Counted from the stretch's first letter, positions 17,707 through 31,231 are shown. The stretch: 64,000 bases of DNA from Eledone cirrhosa (GCA_964016885.1 OZ024749.1:8556001-8620000), one strand, 5' to 3'. Numbers and translations: made by a program. Notes: generated by a model not told the origin, from the letters alone.

Positions 17707-17972
17707 ATGATATTAAATAAATGGAAACTATATTTATAAAACCATATTTATTTCGTTATATATATTTCAGGGATATCATATTAACAATATGTTATGCCAT
17801 CTTCAGACAAAATACAATATAATATAAAATATAAACTAAGACTGTTTATATTGTGTTTATATTGTATTTTGTCTGAAGATGGCATAACATATTGTTAATA
17901 TGATATCCCTGAAATATATATAACGAAATAAATATGGTTTTATAAATATAGTTTCCATTTATTTAATATCAT
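17707..17972. repeat. About 116-bp inverted repeat with about 35-bp spacer, hammerhead in each arm
   Basis: 17707-17822 is the reverse complement of 17857-17972. Confidence 0.88.
17865..17930 (+). ncRNA. Type I minimal hammerhead ribozyme motif (inverted twin at 17749-17814, minus strand)
   Basis: TATTTTGT-CTGAAGA-[imperfect stem II with CATATT/AATATG]-GAAA-TATATA-TA^-ACGAAATA. Stem I has 8 bp (one G-U), stem III is palindromic, and AATAAA overlaps the end. Confidence 0.72.
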
Positions 17973-18030
17973 ATATATATTATATATATATATAATATAT
18001 AAGATCAAAAGATATTAAAAGAGTTCCATG

Positions 18031-18101
18031 TATTTTATTATGCGCATTTCAAAAACAAATATCATCATGCAATAACATTTGTGTTTTCATCAGATAAAAT
18101 A
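18031..18101 (-). ncRNA. Type I minimal hammerhead ribozyme motif (same family as the 27.5/28.3-kb copies)
   Basis: TATTTTAT-CTGATGA-AAACACAAATGTTATT gcat GATGATATTTGTTTTT-GAAA-TGCGCA-TA^-ATAAAATA. Confidence 0.8.
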
Positions 18102-18250
18102 GGAAGACATGATATGAAGGTTAAAAAACACTTGTGGATAGTGCAGTTTTAAATCAACATATCAACATACCTCCTACATATATATATATATATATATATA
18201 TATAAATCCTTGTTGTATACATGTTTATATATATGTATAAATGTGTGTGC

Positions 18251-18296
<46 letters not shown>

Positions 18297-18805
18297 TTTG
18301 TATAATATTTATTAGAAATAATTTAAGGTTTCCCCTTAAAAAAAATTGTTTTTCGTTTTGTTTCCGTTCGTGGTCTTGTCCTCTTTTGTTAATTTTGTTC
18401 AGTATGCGCGCGCGTGCGTGCGTGCGTGCGTGCGTGTGTGTGCGTGCGTGCGTGTGCGGGGGGCACATATACCTCTCTCTCTCTGGATACATATATATTT
18501 ATTATTGTATGTAGGTATGTATGGAGAGAGAGAGGGTGGGGAGAGAGAGGGGGTGGGGAGAGGGGGAGAGAGAGAGAGAGAGAGGGTGGGGAGAGAGGGA
18601 GAGAGAGGGAGAGAGAGAGAGAGGGTTGGTGGAGAGCGACAGAGAGAGAGAGGGTGGGTGGAGAGAGAGAGAGAGAGAGAGTGGAGAGAGAGAGAGAGAG
18701 GCTGGAGAGAGAGAGAGAGAGAGAGGGTGGAGAGAGAGAGGGTGGAGAGAGAGAGAGAGGGTGGAGAGAGAGAGAGAGAGAGAGGCTGCAGAGAGAGAGA
18801 GGCTG

Positions 18806-18867
<62 letters not shown>

Positions 18868-19940
18868 GCTCTATACACAGCTGTATGCGCAATCGGCTTT
18901 TCCACATGAAGGTCGAGGTCATTGCCAATGATACGACAATGTGTATACGTGTATATGTGTATATATGTGTATATACATATGTGTATAACATACACATATA
19001 TACACTGTATATGTGTGTATGTATGTGTATATATATATATATGTGTATATATATACGTGTATATGTGTATATATGTGTATAGATATATGTGTATAACATA
19101 CACATATATACACTGTATATGTGTGTATGTATGTATGTGTGTATATATATTCTTATATATGTGTGCGTGTCTGCCTATGTGCATGTGAATGTGTATATGT
19201 GTATGTCTATGTGTGTATGCATGTGTATATCTCTGTATGTATGTATGTGTATGTATAACTGTATGTATATGTATCTGTATAACTGTGTATGTATATGTAT
19301 CTATGTATGTATGTGTATGTCTATGTATGTATATATATCTATGTATGTATATATATCTATGTATGTATGTGTATATCTATGTATGTATGTATATATATCT
19401 ATGTATGTATGTGTATATCTATGTATGTATGTGTATATCTATGTATGTATATATATCTATGTATGTATGTATATATATCTATGTATGTGTATATATCTAT
19501 GTATGTATGTGTATATCTATGTATATATATATATCTATGTATGTATATATATCTATGTATGTATATATATCTATGTATGTATATATATCTATGTATGTAT
19601 GTGTATATCTATGTATGTATATATATCTATGGATGTATGTGTATATCTATGTATGTATGTATATATCTATATAACTGTGTATGTATATATATCTATGTAT
19701 GTATATATCTATGTATGTATATATATCTATGTATGTATATATCTATGTATGTATGTGTATATCTATGTATGTATATATATATCTGTATAACTGTGTGTTT
19801 TCTGACCTTCGTCCTACGTCACAGGATTCCTCGTCTACGATCTTATTCTTAATATTTATTTTTGGTTGCTGCTGATGTTTTTACAATGTTGAAGTTTCAG
19901 AATATTTTCGATATCTCGTGAAACCTTATATGTAATGTTA

Positions 19941-19975
<35 letters not shown>

Positions 19976-20106
19976 TTATTCTTTCTTCTAATGAAGGATT
20001 AGCGTCCGAAATATTAAGACCCTCTTCCTGCTATATGAAGCGTTAAACTAATATATACCTTCAATATACTGTACCGATTGTGTTGTTATTTCTGTTTACC
20101 TTTTAC

Positions 20107-20164
<58 letters not shown>

Positions 20165-22429
20165 AATATATATATATATTTATAAATATATATATATATT
20201 TATAAATATATATATAAATATATATATATATTTATAAATATATATATATATTTATAAATATATATATATATTTATAAATATATATATATATTTAATAGGG
20301 AGACACAAAGGGGGCCTTGTTCAGAAACAGCTAGCGAATGTGAAAATTAGGAAATAATATGTGCTTATGCCGTATTGGACTAATATATAAATATATATAT
20401 ATTAGTCCAATACGGCATAAGCACATGCTAGTTCCACAAGGCCCCTTTTGTGTCACCCTATTTATATACATACACATACCTGCTATGATTATATAGCTTC
20501 TAATTGAATAGAAGTATGGGTGTGTTGGTGTAATGGTAGCTCATTGGTCCGGCAGACCAAAGATGTGGGTTTGTGTTCGATGTACATCAATACTCATCTT
20601 TTTCCCCATTCAGCTGGGATTTCCCAACTGACAGACTAAATATATTAGTGAAATCCGGCGTAAGCACACGTTACTAAAGAACGCCTGCTTTGTATCTCCC
20701 TATTTACATATTTGGATGTATATATATATATATATACATACACACATATATTCGTATGTTTATATATATATGTGTATATATATCTTTGTATGTATATATA
20801 CATACAAATATATATATATATGTATATATACATACAAATATATATATATATGTATATATACATACAAATATATATATATGTATATATACATACAAATATA
20901 TATATATGTATATATACATACAAATATATATATATATATACATACAAATCTATATATATATAACACGCTCCAGTATTTTAACCCTTATATATATATATAT
21001 ATATATATATACATACAAATATATATATATATACATACAAATATATATATATATACATACAAATATATATATATATATATACATACATACAAATATATAT
21101 ATATGTATATATACATTCAAATATATATATATATATATATATATCCAGGGGTGTAACTAGGAGTTACTGCAGGTTCATCCGGGAGAGCACTCGATGTTTA
21201 GGTTCACTTCTGTGATGATGTGTAGAGCTACACAGAGTGTAATATATTGAAAGGATAACAAGGACGATTGATTACTCCTTCATTGCATTTATTGATAGGT
21301 GACGCGCGTTTCGCCACTGATCAGCTCAAGGTTCGATCTGTATCGATCCTACCCGACTCAATAATCGGCGGCTCGACGGACCCTCTTAAAATGCTATAAG
21401 AAAATGAGATACATGCTATGTGGTAAAGTCAGAGTTTCAAGAGTTTGACAAAATGAGTTGTTTTGATTGGTGGGAAGGATCAAGGGGATGTACTGGCCTG
21501 TAGTGTATATGGGGGTGGGTGTGATGGTGAGATGTTGGTGACGGTCGGTGGATGAGATGGGATGTGGTGTGGTGGTGGTGGGTTGGCCTTGGCCTGTAGA
21601 GTATATGGGGGTGGATGTGATGATATGATGGTGGTTATGGTCGCTTACTGGGATGGGCTGTGGTATGAGGTTTGTGGGTTGTCGGTAGACGGGTTGTCAT
21701 GTGCGGGGTGTGGTTGTGGTGTTGTTGTTTATGGTAGTGGCGTTTGTGGTGGTGTGGTGGATGTGTTGGTGGTGTCAACTCCTTACGGACATACATAGCT
21801 AGACGTTGTATATATGTATACACACACACATATGTATATATGCGCATATATATTGATGTATTAACACACGCAACACATACACACACCCTCGCCCACACAT
21901 ATCCACACACACACACATACACAGCCATATGCATATATACACACATGTATATGCATGCGCGCATGCGGATACAAATATGGAGAGTGGGGGAGTATCGGTG
22001 GGGGTGGCGAAGGACAAAGATGGAGGGAAGGTGAGAGGCAATGGAGAAGGTGTTATACATATATACAATCACATAAATACACTCATGCACACATACGGAT
22101 ATGCGCACATACACGTATACACACGTATACATAAACACACACACACGTATACACATATATATATACACATAGGAAACGCGGGGGAATAGAGTTTATGGAC
22201 GTATGTCGATGTGTGTTGTGGTCATGGTGGTGGTGGTGGTCATGGTGGTGGTGGTGGTGGTCATGGTGGTGGTGGTGGTCATGGTGGTGGTGGTGGTGGT
22301 CGTCGTCGTCGTCGTAGTGGTGGTGGTGGTGGTAGTGGTGGTGGGGCTGGGGTGATATGTTCGACAAAATGTGTGTTGTGTCTGTGTTTATATGTGTATG
22401 CATGTGTAGATATGTGTGTGTGTGTGTGT

Positions 22430-22521
22430 GTGTGTGTGTTTCCCTGTGTACAGCTATGGAAGTTACTGCGTGTATGTGTGTGCGTATGTGTGATTGTGTT
22501 TATATGTGTATGTATGTGTAG

Positions 22522-22559
<38 letters not shown>

Positions 22560-22658
22560 ATGCGTTTCCCTGTGTATGCATGTGTACAGCTATGGAAGTT
22601 ACTGCGTGTGTGTGTGTGCGTATGTGTGATTGTGTTTATATGTGTATGCATGTGTAGA

Positions 22659-22702
<44 letters not shown>

Positions 22703-23014
22703 AGTGTGTTTACATGTGTAGATCTGTGTGTGTGTGTGTGTGTTTACATGTGTAGATCTGTGTGTGTGTGTGTGCACGTGTTTCCCTGTGTATGCATGTG
22801 TACAGCTATGGAAGTTACTGCGTGTGTGTGTGTGTGCGTGTGTGTGTGTGCACGTGTTTCCCTGTGTATGCATGTGTACAGCTATGGAAGTTACTGCGTG
22901 TGTGTGTGTGTGCGTGTGTGTGTGTGCAGGTGTTTCCCTGTGTATGCATGTGTACAGCTATGGAAGTTACTGCGTGTGTGTGTGTGTGCGTGTGATTGTG
23001 TTTACATGTGTAGA

Positions 23015-23053
<39 letters not shown>

Positions 23054-23098
23054 ACGTGTTTCCTTGTGTATGCATGTGTACAGCTATGGAAGTTACTG

Positions 23099-23133
<35 letters not shown>

Positions 23134-23216
23134 GTGTTTCCCTGTGTATGCATGTGTACAGCTATGGAAGTTATTGCATGTGTGTGTCTGTGTTTACATA
23201 TGTATGCATGTGTAGA

Positions 23217-23285
<69 letters not shown>

Positions 23286-23440
23286 GTAGATCTGTGTGTG
23301 TGTGTGTGCAGGTGATTCCCTGTGTATGCATGTGTACAGCTATGGAAGTTACTGCATGTGTGTCTGTGTTTACATGTTTATGCATGTGTAGATCTGTGTG
23401 TGTGTGTGTGTGTGTGTACAGCTATGGAAGTTACTGCATG
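22430..23440. repeat. Compound minisatellite TTCCCTGTGTATGCATGTGTACAGCTATGGAAGTTACTGC + (GT)n
   Basis: About 10 recurrences of TACAGCTATGGAAGTTA separated by variable (GT)n. Confidence 0.88.
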
Positions 23441-24048
23441 TGTGTGTCTGTGTGTTTTGGTTATATCTGAAAATATACGTTTTTATTTCTCTGTAGTTGT
23501 GTATATATAGTTATTACATGCTAAGTATGTATGTATATATGTACGAATGTATGTATGTATGTATGTATGTATGTATGTATGTATGTATATATGTAGGAAT
23601 GTATGTATGTATGTATGTATGTATGTACGTTCGAATGTGTGTCTGTACATACGTATGTATGAATTCATGTATGTATGTGTCTATGTATGCATGTGTCTAT
23701 GTATGTATGTATATTTTATGTATGTGCATTATGTAAGCGGGTATGTATGTATACATTTTGTACGTATATATGCATTCTGTACGTGTGCATATAAAATGTA
23801 TGTTCGTGGAAACTTATGTATGTATATATTATGTATATATTATGTATGAGTATGTAGGTATGTATGCATCTATGTATATAAGTATTTTGTGCATATTTGT
23901 TATGTATATATGTATGTATATATGTATGTATATATGTATGTATGTCTATATGCAAATATGTTTGTAAGTATATGTCTGTATGTATGTATATATGAATATA
24001 TATGTTTGTGTATATCTATATATGCATATGTTTGTAAGTATATGTCTG

Positions 24049-24093
<45 letters not shown>

Positions 24094-24254
24094 TTGTGTA
24101 TATGTATATATGCATATGTTTGTATATATTCATATGTTTGTACATATGCATCTATATTTGTATGTATGTACATATGTTTGAGTGTATAAATAATTACATG
24201 TATATTTGTATATATAAATATATATTTGTATGTATAAACATAGGTATGTACACA

Positions 24255-24423
24255 TCAAAGAGAGCTATTTCGTCATTTTGAGTTTTTCTTCTTTTCTTTC
24301 CCATTCTTCTTCATCTCTTCCCGCCATTTCTCTCCTCTCTTCCGTCTATCATTTGTCGTCTGCTAGACTCACTCTATACTTCTCCTCTTCCTTCACCTCC
24401 TACTACTACGTATATAACTTACA

Positions 24424-24470
<47 letters not shown>
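24255..24470 (+). repeat. Dispersed pyrimidine-rich repeat, second copy at about 28880-29070
   Basis: Both copies share TCTTCCCGCCATTTCTCTCCTCTC...TATCATTTGTCGTCTGCTAGACTCACTCTATAC. Confidence 0.75.
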
Positions 24471-24507
<37 letters not shown>

Positions 24508-25467
24508 CCTCCCCCTCTCTCTATCTATCTATCTATCTCTCACTATCTCTCTATCTATCTGTCTATCACTCTCTCTCCCTCTCTATCTAACTATCTATAT
24601 CTCTCCCTCACTCTATCTCCCTCACTCTCTTCTTCTCTCTCCCCCCTCACATTCATATTTACCACCTCGTCTTTCTACGTCAATTGTTTACTTTAGTCTT
24701 CTTTCATTTACCGCCATCATCATCATCGTCATCATCGTCATCATCACTATCACCACCATCGTCATCATCGTCATCATCATTGTCATCTTCATCACCATAA
24801 TCATCACTATCATCAATAACATGATCACTGTTTTCGTAACCATTACCAACATCACAAACAAACCACCAAGACCACCATAGCAACCACCACCACCATCACC
24901 ATCATCACCCCAACCGCCACCACAACAACAACCACCATCACCACAACAGCCACAACCATCATCACCACAACAACAATCACAACCATCACCACCAACACAA
25001 CAACCACCACCACCACCACCACAACCACCACCACCACCATAACCACCACCATCATCACCCCAACCACCACCACAACAACAACCACCATCACCACAACAGC
25101 CACAACCATCATCACCACCACCACCAACACAACAACCACCACCACCATAACCACCACCACCACCATAACCACCACCATCATCACCCCAACCACCACCACA
25201 ACAACAACCACCATCACCACAACAGCCACAACCATCATCACCACAACCACAACAACAATCACAACCACCATGACCACAACAACCACAACCATCACCACCA
25301 CCACAACCACCACCAACATAACCATAACCATCATCACCACAACAACAACCACCACCATCACCACAACAACCACCACAACCATCACCACATCTATAACCAT
25401 CACCACTCCCACCCCTACCACCACCACGTTCACTTAGCAATCACAATTTCCAAGTTTCGATTCCTCT

Positions 25468-26113
25468 GTGGTTAGAATATCTCAGTAAAGAATCACTGGA
25501 CAGATATATAGCTGGGAGATCAGAGAGTCGCTCCAGGTAGAGATGCTACTACTTCTTATTGAGAGATCACAGCTCTGATACTATGGACATGTGGTTAGAA
25601 TGTCTCAGGTAAGAATCACTGGAGTGTCACTCCCGGTAGAGCTGTTGCTACTACCGCTAATTAACAGATCGCAACTCTGATACTATGGACATGTGGTTAG
25701 AATGTATGTCAGCAAAGAATCACTGGAGAGTCACCCCGGTAGAGCTGCTACTTCTAATTGAGAGATCACAGCTCTGATACTATGAACATGGAGTTAGAAT
25801 GTCTGAGGAAAGAATCACTAGTGAGTCACTCCCGGTAGAGCTGCTACTTCTTCTAATTGAGAGATCAAAGCTCTGATACTATGGACATGGAGTTAGAATG
25901 TCTGAGGAAAGAATCACCGAAGAGTCACTCCCAGAAGAGCTGCTACTACTTCTAATTGAGAGATGACAGCTCTGATACTATGGACATGGAGTTAGAATGT
26001 CTCAGGAAAGAATCACTAGAGAGTCACTCCCGGAAGAGCTGCTACTACTTCTTATTGAGAGATCACAGCTCTGATACTATGGACATGGGGTTAGAATGTC
26101 TCTGGAAAGAATC
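25468..26113 (+). repeat. About 99-bp minisatellite (about 6.5 units) derived from RTE-clade LINE coding sequence
   Basis: GTTAGAAT recurs at about 25470, 25593, 25695, 25792, 25892, 25991 and 26090. The unit translates as ...LIERSQL*YYGHVVRMSQERI, matching the RTE QLRWxGHVxRM motif. Confidence 0.8.
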
Positions 26114-26315
26114 GTAGGACAGATTTTACGAGCAAAACCAACCGGCAGGAGACCAGGGGTAGACCCTGAACAAGATGTTTGGATAACATCTATGAGCTTG
26201 GCTGGTCACGCTTGGAGATCCAGCAGGTTCAGTTAGAGACAGTTGCCTCTGACAGGACCCATTGGAAGGAGTGTTTAAGAACTCTGCCGCCACGACCCTC
26301 TCGGGAATAAGTGGG
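26100..26315 (+). mobile_element. RTE-clade LINE ORF C-terminal remnant
   Basis: With one frameshift it translates as RIVGQILRAKPTGRRP.GRP*TRCLDNIYELGWSRLEI...VASDRTHWKECLR, the G.R..GRP..RW.D and A.DR..W motifs of RTE ORF ends. Confidence 0.75.
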
Positions 26316-27043
26316 TGTGGGGGAAGAAGAAGATTCCTCTGCGTGTGGATAAAATCAGGTGCCATATTCTCAGGGTATGAATGAAGTCAATAAACATGAG
26401 GACACTTTGGAATGTTACCTGAGTGAAGGGAGGAGGGGGTGGATAATTGGTAGAGCGTCGGTTAGATGTTGTTTGTGGTATTTGTTCTGACTCATCACAT
26501 TCGGAGTTCAAATCTTGCCAAGGTCAGCTTTGGCAGACATCATCATCATCATCATAAACAACATGATTATCATCATTACCATCATCATATTTATAATCAA
26601 TATCATCGTCATCATCATCATCATCATCATCCTCATCACCATCATCAAAATAAAGTAACTTTGTTTTTACTCTTTCCAAGGTCGATACAATAAAGTACCA
26701 GTCATATACTGGGGTTGTTTCCCCAAAGTTTCCAAACTTGTGCTCATATCAGAAATTAACATTACCTGTGGTTAGGGATTATACTAACTACATGAGAGCC
26801 AGGCCCAGTAATGTGAATATATAACATCCCTACATCTCAATAACCCCCCCCCCCCCTTCAATTATCAGAGCTCTACATCTATGTTAGAAACAGGCCAGAG
26901 AAATGGGAGACGAGGTGGTAGATGTGTTAGAGAGTGGTATGGTATTATATGGGGTAGCAGTTGTGGATCTCAGGGATCTGGCTTCAAATCCCGTCCAGGC
27001 CACATCAACCTCTCGTCCTTTTCAGATCTATAAATAAAGAATG

Positions 27044-27258
27044 GTTTCTTATTTAGGCACAAGGCCAGCAATTTTGGGGGAGGGGAAAGTCGATTAGATC
27101 GGCACCAGCTCATTACTGGTACTTTATTTTATCGACCCCGTAAGGATGAAAGGCAAAGCTAACCTCGGCGGGATTTGAACTCAGATCATAAAGGGTCGTA
27201 ACTCTATGCTGCAAAGCATGGCGTCCGACCCTCTACCAATACTGCCAATCCGCTGCCC
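27044..27258 (-). mobile_element. SINE copy with target-site duplication TCTATAAATAAAGAAT
   Basis: The same 16-mer flanks both ends (about 27027 and 27259). Confidence 0.8.
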
Positions 27259-27545
27259 TCTATAAATAAAGAATAACTCAAGTGATGGGGTCAGTTTCTC
27301 CCACCTCCCTCTCTCTCTTCCCCATCTCTCTTTCTTTGTTTCTCTTTCTTTCTTTCTTTCTTACTATTATCTCTCTTCCCGCCCTCTCGTTACCTCTCTA
27401 TCACTCTCTATCCCCTACTCTTTCTTCCCTCCCTTCTCCCTTTATTTATGTATATATGTTTGTATACATATACATATATATATATATATAACTATATATA
27501 TATATATATAATATAAGATCAAAAGATGGTTAAAGGAGTTCCATA

Positions 27546-27616
27546 TATTTTATTATGCGCATTTCAAAAACAAACATCATCAAGCAATAATATTTGTGTT
27601 TTCATCAGATAAAACA
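27546..27616 (-). ncRNA. Type I minimal hammerhead ribozyme motif (left arm of inverted repeat)
   Basis: Reverse complement of 28322-28392. Confidence 0.8.
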
Positions 27617-28321
27617 GGAGAACATGATATGAAGGCTAAAAAAAACACTTGTTGATAGTGCAGTTTTAAATCAACATATGAAAAGTGGTTTTAGATTGAT
27701 GTGTGATATTGGGAAAAATATTTTATTTAGAGAGGGGGGGGGGATGAAAAGGGAAGGAGATGAGAGGGAGAGATGGGTGATAGAGAGAAAGAGATAGTTT
27801 TTATAACTGAGAGGAGATATATTTTTTACATAGAGGGGTTGAAAACCGTTGGAAGATACTGTATAAATTAAAAATTTTGAAAATTAACGAAGGGAGGATA
27901 TGTGCGAGGAAAAAATATTTTATTTAGGGAGGGTGGGATGGAAAAGATGAAAAAAAGGGGGGAGGAGATGAGAGTGAAGGTGGAGAGGGAGAGATGGGTG
28001 ATAGAGAGAAAGAGATAGTTTTTATAACTGAGAAAAAGATATATTGTTTTAATATAGAGAGGTTGGGAACAGTTGGAAGATAATGTATAAATTAAAGGAA
28101 TTTGAAAATTAACGAAGGGAAATTATGTATGAAGATAGAGAGAAAAAAAATAATAATTGTGGGTGAATATTCTAACGTCAAAAGAAGAAATGTATGTATT
28201 GTGGCAATTTCAAAATTAGCGAAGAGAAATATCACACATCAATCTAAAACCACTTTTCATATGTTGATTTAAAACTGCACTATCAACAAGTGTTTTTTTT
28301 AGCCTTCATATCATGTTCTCC

Positions 28322-28392
28322 TGTTTTATCTGATGAAAACACAAATATTATTGCTTGATGATGTTTGTTTTTGAAATGCGCATAATAAAATA
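28322..28392 (+). ncRNA. Type I minimal hammerhead ribozyme motif
   Basis: TGTTTTAT-CTGATGA-AAACA CAAATATTATT gctt GATGATGTTTG TTTTT-GAAA-TGCGCA-TA^-ATAAAATA. Intact core, 8-bp stem I, long stem II with G-U pairs, palindromic ATGCGCAT stem III. Confidence 0.82.
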
Positions 28393-28513
28393 TATGGAAC
28401 TCCTTTAACCATCTTTTGATCTTATATTATGCATACTCCAGTCCCACAAACTGTAGAGTGCTTCTTATCCGATATCTGCATTGCTTTATTGTACTACAAT
28501 AAAACTCACCTCC

Positions 28514-28565
<52 letters not shown>

Positions 28566-28731
28566 TATATAATATTAAGGATACTATTTATAGTTATGTA
28601 TATTTTAAACTATAAACAGGGCAGGTCAGTAATTTATTACTACCTTATTACCAGTAACATAAATAGCTCAATGTAATAACATCAGTTGTTCTACAGAGCA
28701 TATATAAATATATATATAAATATATATATAA

Positions 28732-28772
<41 letters not shown>

Positions 28773-28825
28773 TATAAATAAATATATATATATATATATA
28801 TATATAAATATATAAATATATATAA

Positions 28826-28874
<49 letters not shown>

Positions 28875-29870
28875 TATGTACAAAGAAAGCTATTCTATTT
28901 TCTCATTTTTAGTTTTTCTCCTTTTCTTTCCCATTCTTCATCTCCTCTCTTCCCGCCATTTCTCTCCTCTCGTACGTGTATCATTTGTCGTCTGCTAGAC
29001 TCACTCTATACCTCTCCTCCTCCTGCTCCTCCTCCTACATATATAACTTCCTCATCTGTCTCTCTCTCTCTTTGTGCAGCCTCTCTCTCTCTCTCTCTTT
29101 GTCCAGCCTCTCTCACTCTAAGTCTGATTTTTGAAGTGGTCAACACAGGAATGTCCCAGTCGTGAAACCCCACCTTCCTATCAACACTACACTATGTTTG
29201 GACAGGAAAGGAAAAAGACTGAAACGACCCCCCCCCCCCCCCCCATTGCCTGGCGTTGAGTCTATATTAGAAATCCAATTCTTGTAACAACATTGTTTGC
29301 TGAAACTACTGTACAACGCTTCAATAAACTTGTCTTGCTCTTGGCGGGAAATACTTTTGTCTTTCAATTCAAGAGTTGTACAATTGATGTTACTTTCTCT
29401 ATGTTAACCCCTCTCTCTTCATCTCACTACCTCCCTTCCTCTCGTCATCTCCCCCCCCCCCTCTCACTCTCAGTGATCCATTCACTCCCTCTCTTCCTCT
29501 TTCGTCATCTCATTCCCTCTCCTTATCTCCCTCCCCCTTTTCACCTCACTCCCTTTACTTTGTGTTCTATCTATATCATTTTCTTACTCTCTTATCTGTT
29601 TTCCTCTCTCTCACACTTTCACTCTTACTAAATATCTTTTATTCTTTTACTTATTTTTTTTAATGGGGGAGAATATATATATATATATAGTTATACTTGG
29701 GGAGGGTCATATTGTTGTAATAATATTGCCGGAAATAATAACAGAACACACTCACTGTTTGGTTGGTTTTCGTTTCTGTATCTTTTATGTCTCCAGTTAA
29801 TTCATTCGGTCCTCAATGTTTACCATTGACTGACCAACGGTAAAAAAATACAGATATAATATAGATATAA

Positions 29871-29925
<55 letters not shown>

Positions 29926-31059
29926 ACCAATTTCTTCCCTTCTACACACACACACACACACTCATAACCACATGCTACCCCACACCCTCCACCCCAGACC
30001 AGATACAATGCTTTGTGACATATAGTTACGGACCATATAGTTCTGAGTTCAAATCACACCAAGGATAGCTTTGCCTTTCATCCTTACGGGGTCGATAAAA
30101 TAAAGCACCAGTAACGCACTGGGATCAATTTAATCGAAAATTAAATCCCTCAAAATTGTTGGCCTTGTGCCTAAATCAGAAACCATCGATACCTGAGTTA
30201 CGGTGATGGATTGCAAATATCGGTAGAGAGTTCGATAACATATCTTGTGACATATAGTTACGGCCCTTCACGTTCTGGGTCCAAATCCCGGAGATTAGTT
30301 GTTCATATTTTCGGCGTCAATAAAATAATTGTTTCTACATTTGGCACAAGGCTAGCAATTATCCCAGTGCATTACTGGTACTTTATTTTATCAACCCCGT
30401 AAGGATGAAAGGCAAAGTTAACCTCGGCGGGATTTGAACTCAGAGTGACAAGGGCCGTAACTATGCGTCAAAGCATGGCGTCCGACCTTCTAATGCACCA
30501 GTAAAGCATTGAGTTTGATTTAATCACGTAGAATTAGCAGAATAAAATATCATTGTGGTATTTGTTCTGGATCTCGACATTCTGCCGGGTTCAATTCCTG
30601 CCAGGTTCAATTCCTGTCGGGTTCAACTTTGATTTTCATCTTTCCAGGATCGAGAAAATTATGAACTATTCCCGTACAGGGGTTGATTTAATAATCTTTG
30701 CCCTTTTGTACGAAATATTCTTGCCTTGTGCCTAAATTAGAAATCAATGTATGCATGGGAAGGATAGGCCTCCAGTTTCCTGTCGCAACACCTTTCTAGG
30801 AGAGGGAAACTCTGAAAAGATACCTGCGGCTTCGGAAGTATCCGATGACGTTGACCAGTTCTCCTTTTCGGGTAGTGTTTTCGATGCTCAGAGAGTGGGA
30901 TTGGTCGAGGGCATGGCCTTTCTCCACTTGAAAAACTTTCAAACCACAGACATTGCTTGTTCAGGATCTGCTACAGGTTTGTATGACTGGCCATAGCCTA
31001 AAGGTGCACCAAGATCCATAATCTGACAAGCGATTGCAATACTCTTAGCAGAGTTTGCA

Positions 31060-31090
<31 letters not shown>

Positions 31091-31154
31091 GGAAAATGTT
31101 TAACCCCGACAGCAGAGCTCAAGCCGTTTCGACGGTTATTTCTGGACTATACAT

Positions 31155-31188
<34 letters not shown>

Positions 31189-31231
31189 AGGTGGTATAAG
31201 ACAGAACAAAAGAGAGTCAGAAAGTAACAAA

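Larger units (their letters stand above)
27508..28518. repeat. About 200-bp inverted repeat (27508-27710 / 28228-28430) with GA-rich spacer and a 90-bp one-sided tail; Penelope-like
   Basis: Arms are reverse-complementary and each carries a hammerhead. The spacer contains a diverged direct duplication of about 190 bp. Flanked by (TA)n. Confidence 0.8.

Noticed and set aside
19985-20020. CTAATGA-AGGA..TCC-GAAA hammerhead-like string
   Set aside because: The core is mutated and there is no convincing stem I or III; possibly an old relic but not supportable.
20518-20590. tRNA-like sequence (TGGTGTAATGGTAGC...TTGGTC cggca GACCAA...GTTCGA)
   Set aside because: The T-arm and acceptor stem do not fold properly; more likely a SINE head or pseudo-tRNA than a tRNA gene.
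24688-25440. 250-aa Gly/Cys/Asp-rich ORF resembling a structural protein
   Set aside because: It is the antisense of an (ACC/ATC/AAC)n trinucleotide tract, open in several frames, with no ATG start or signal peptide.
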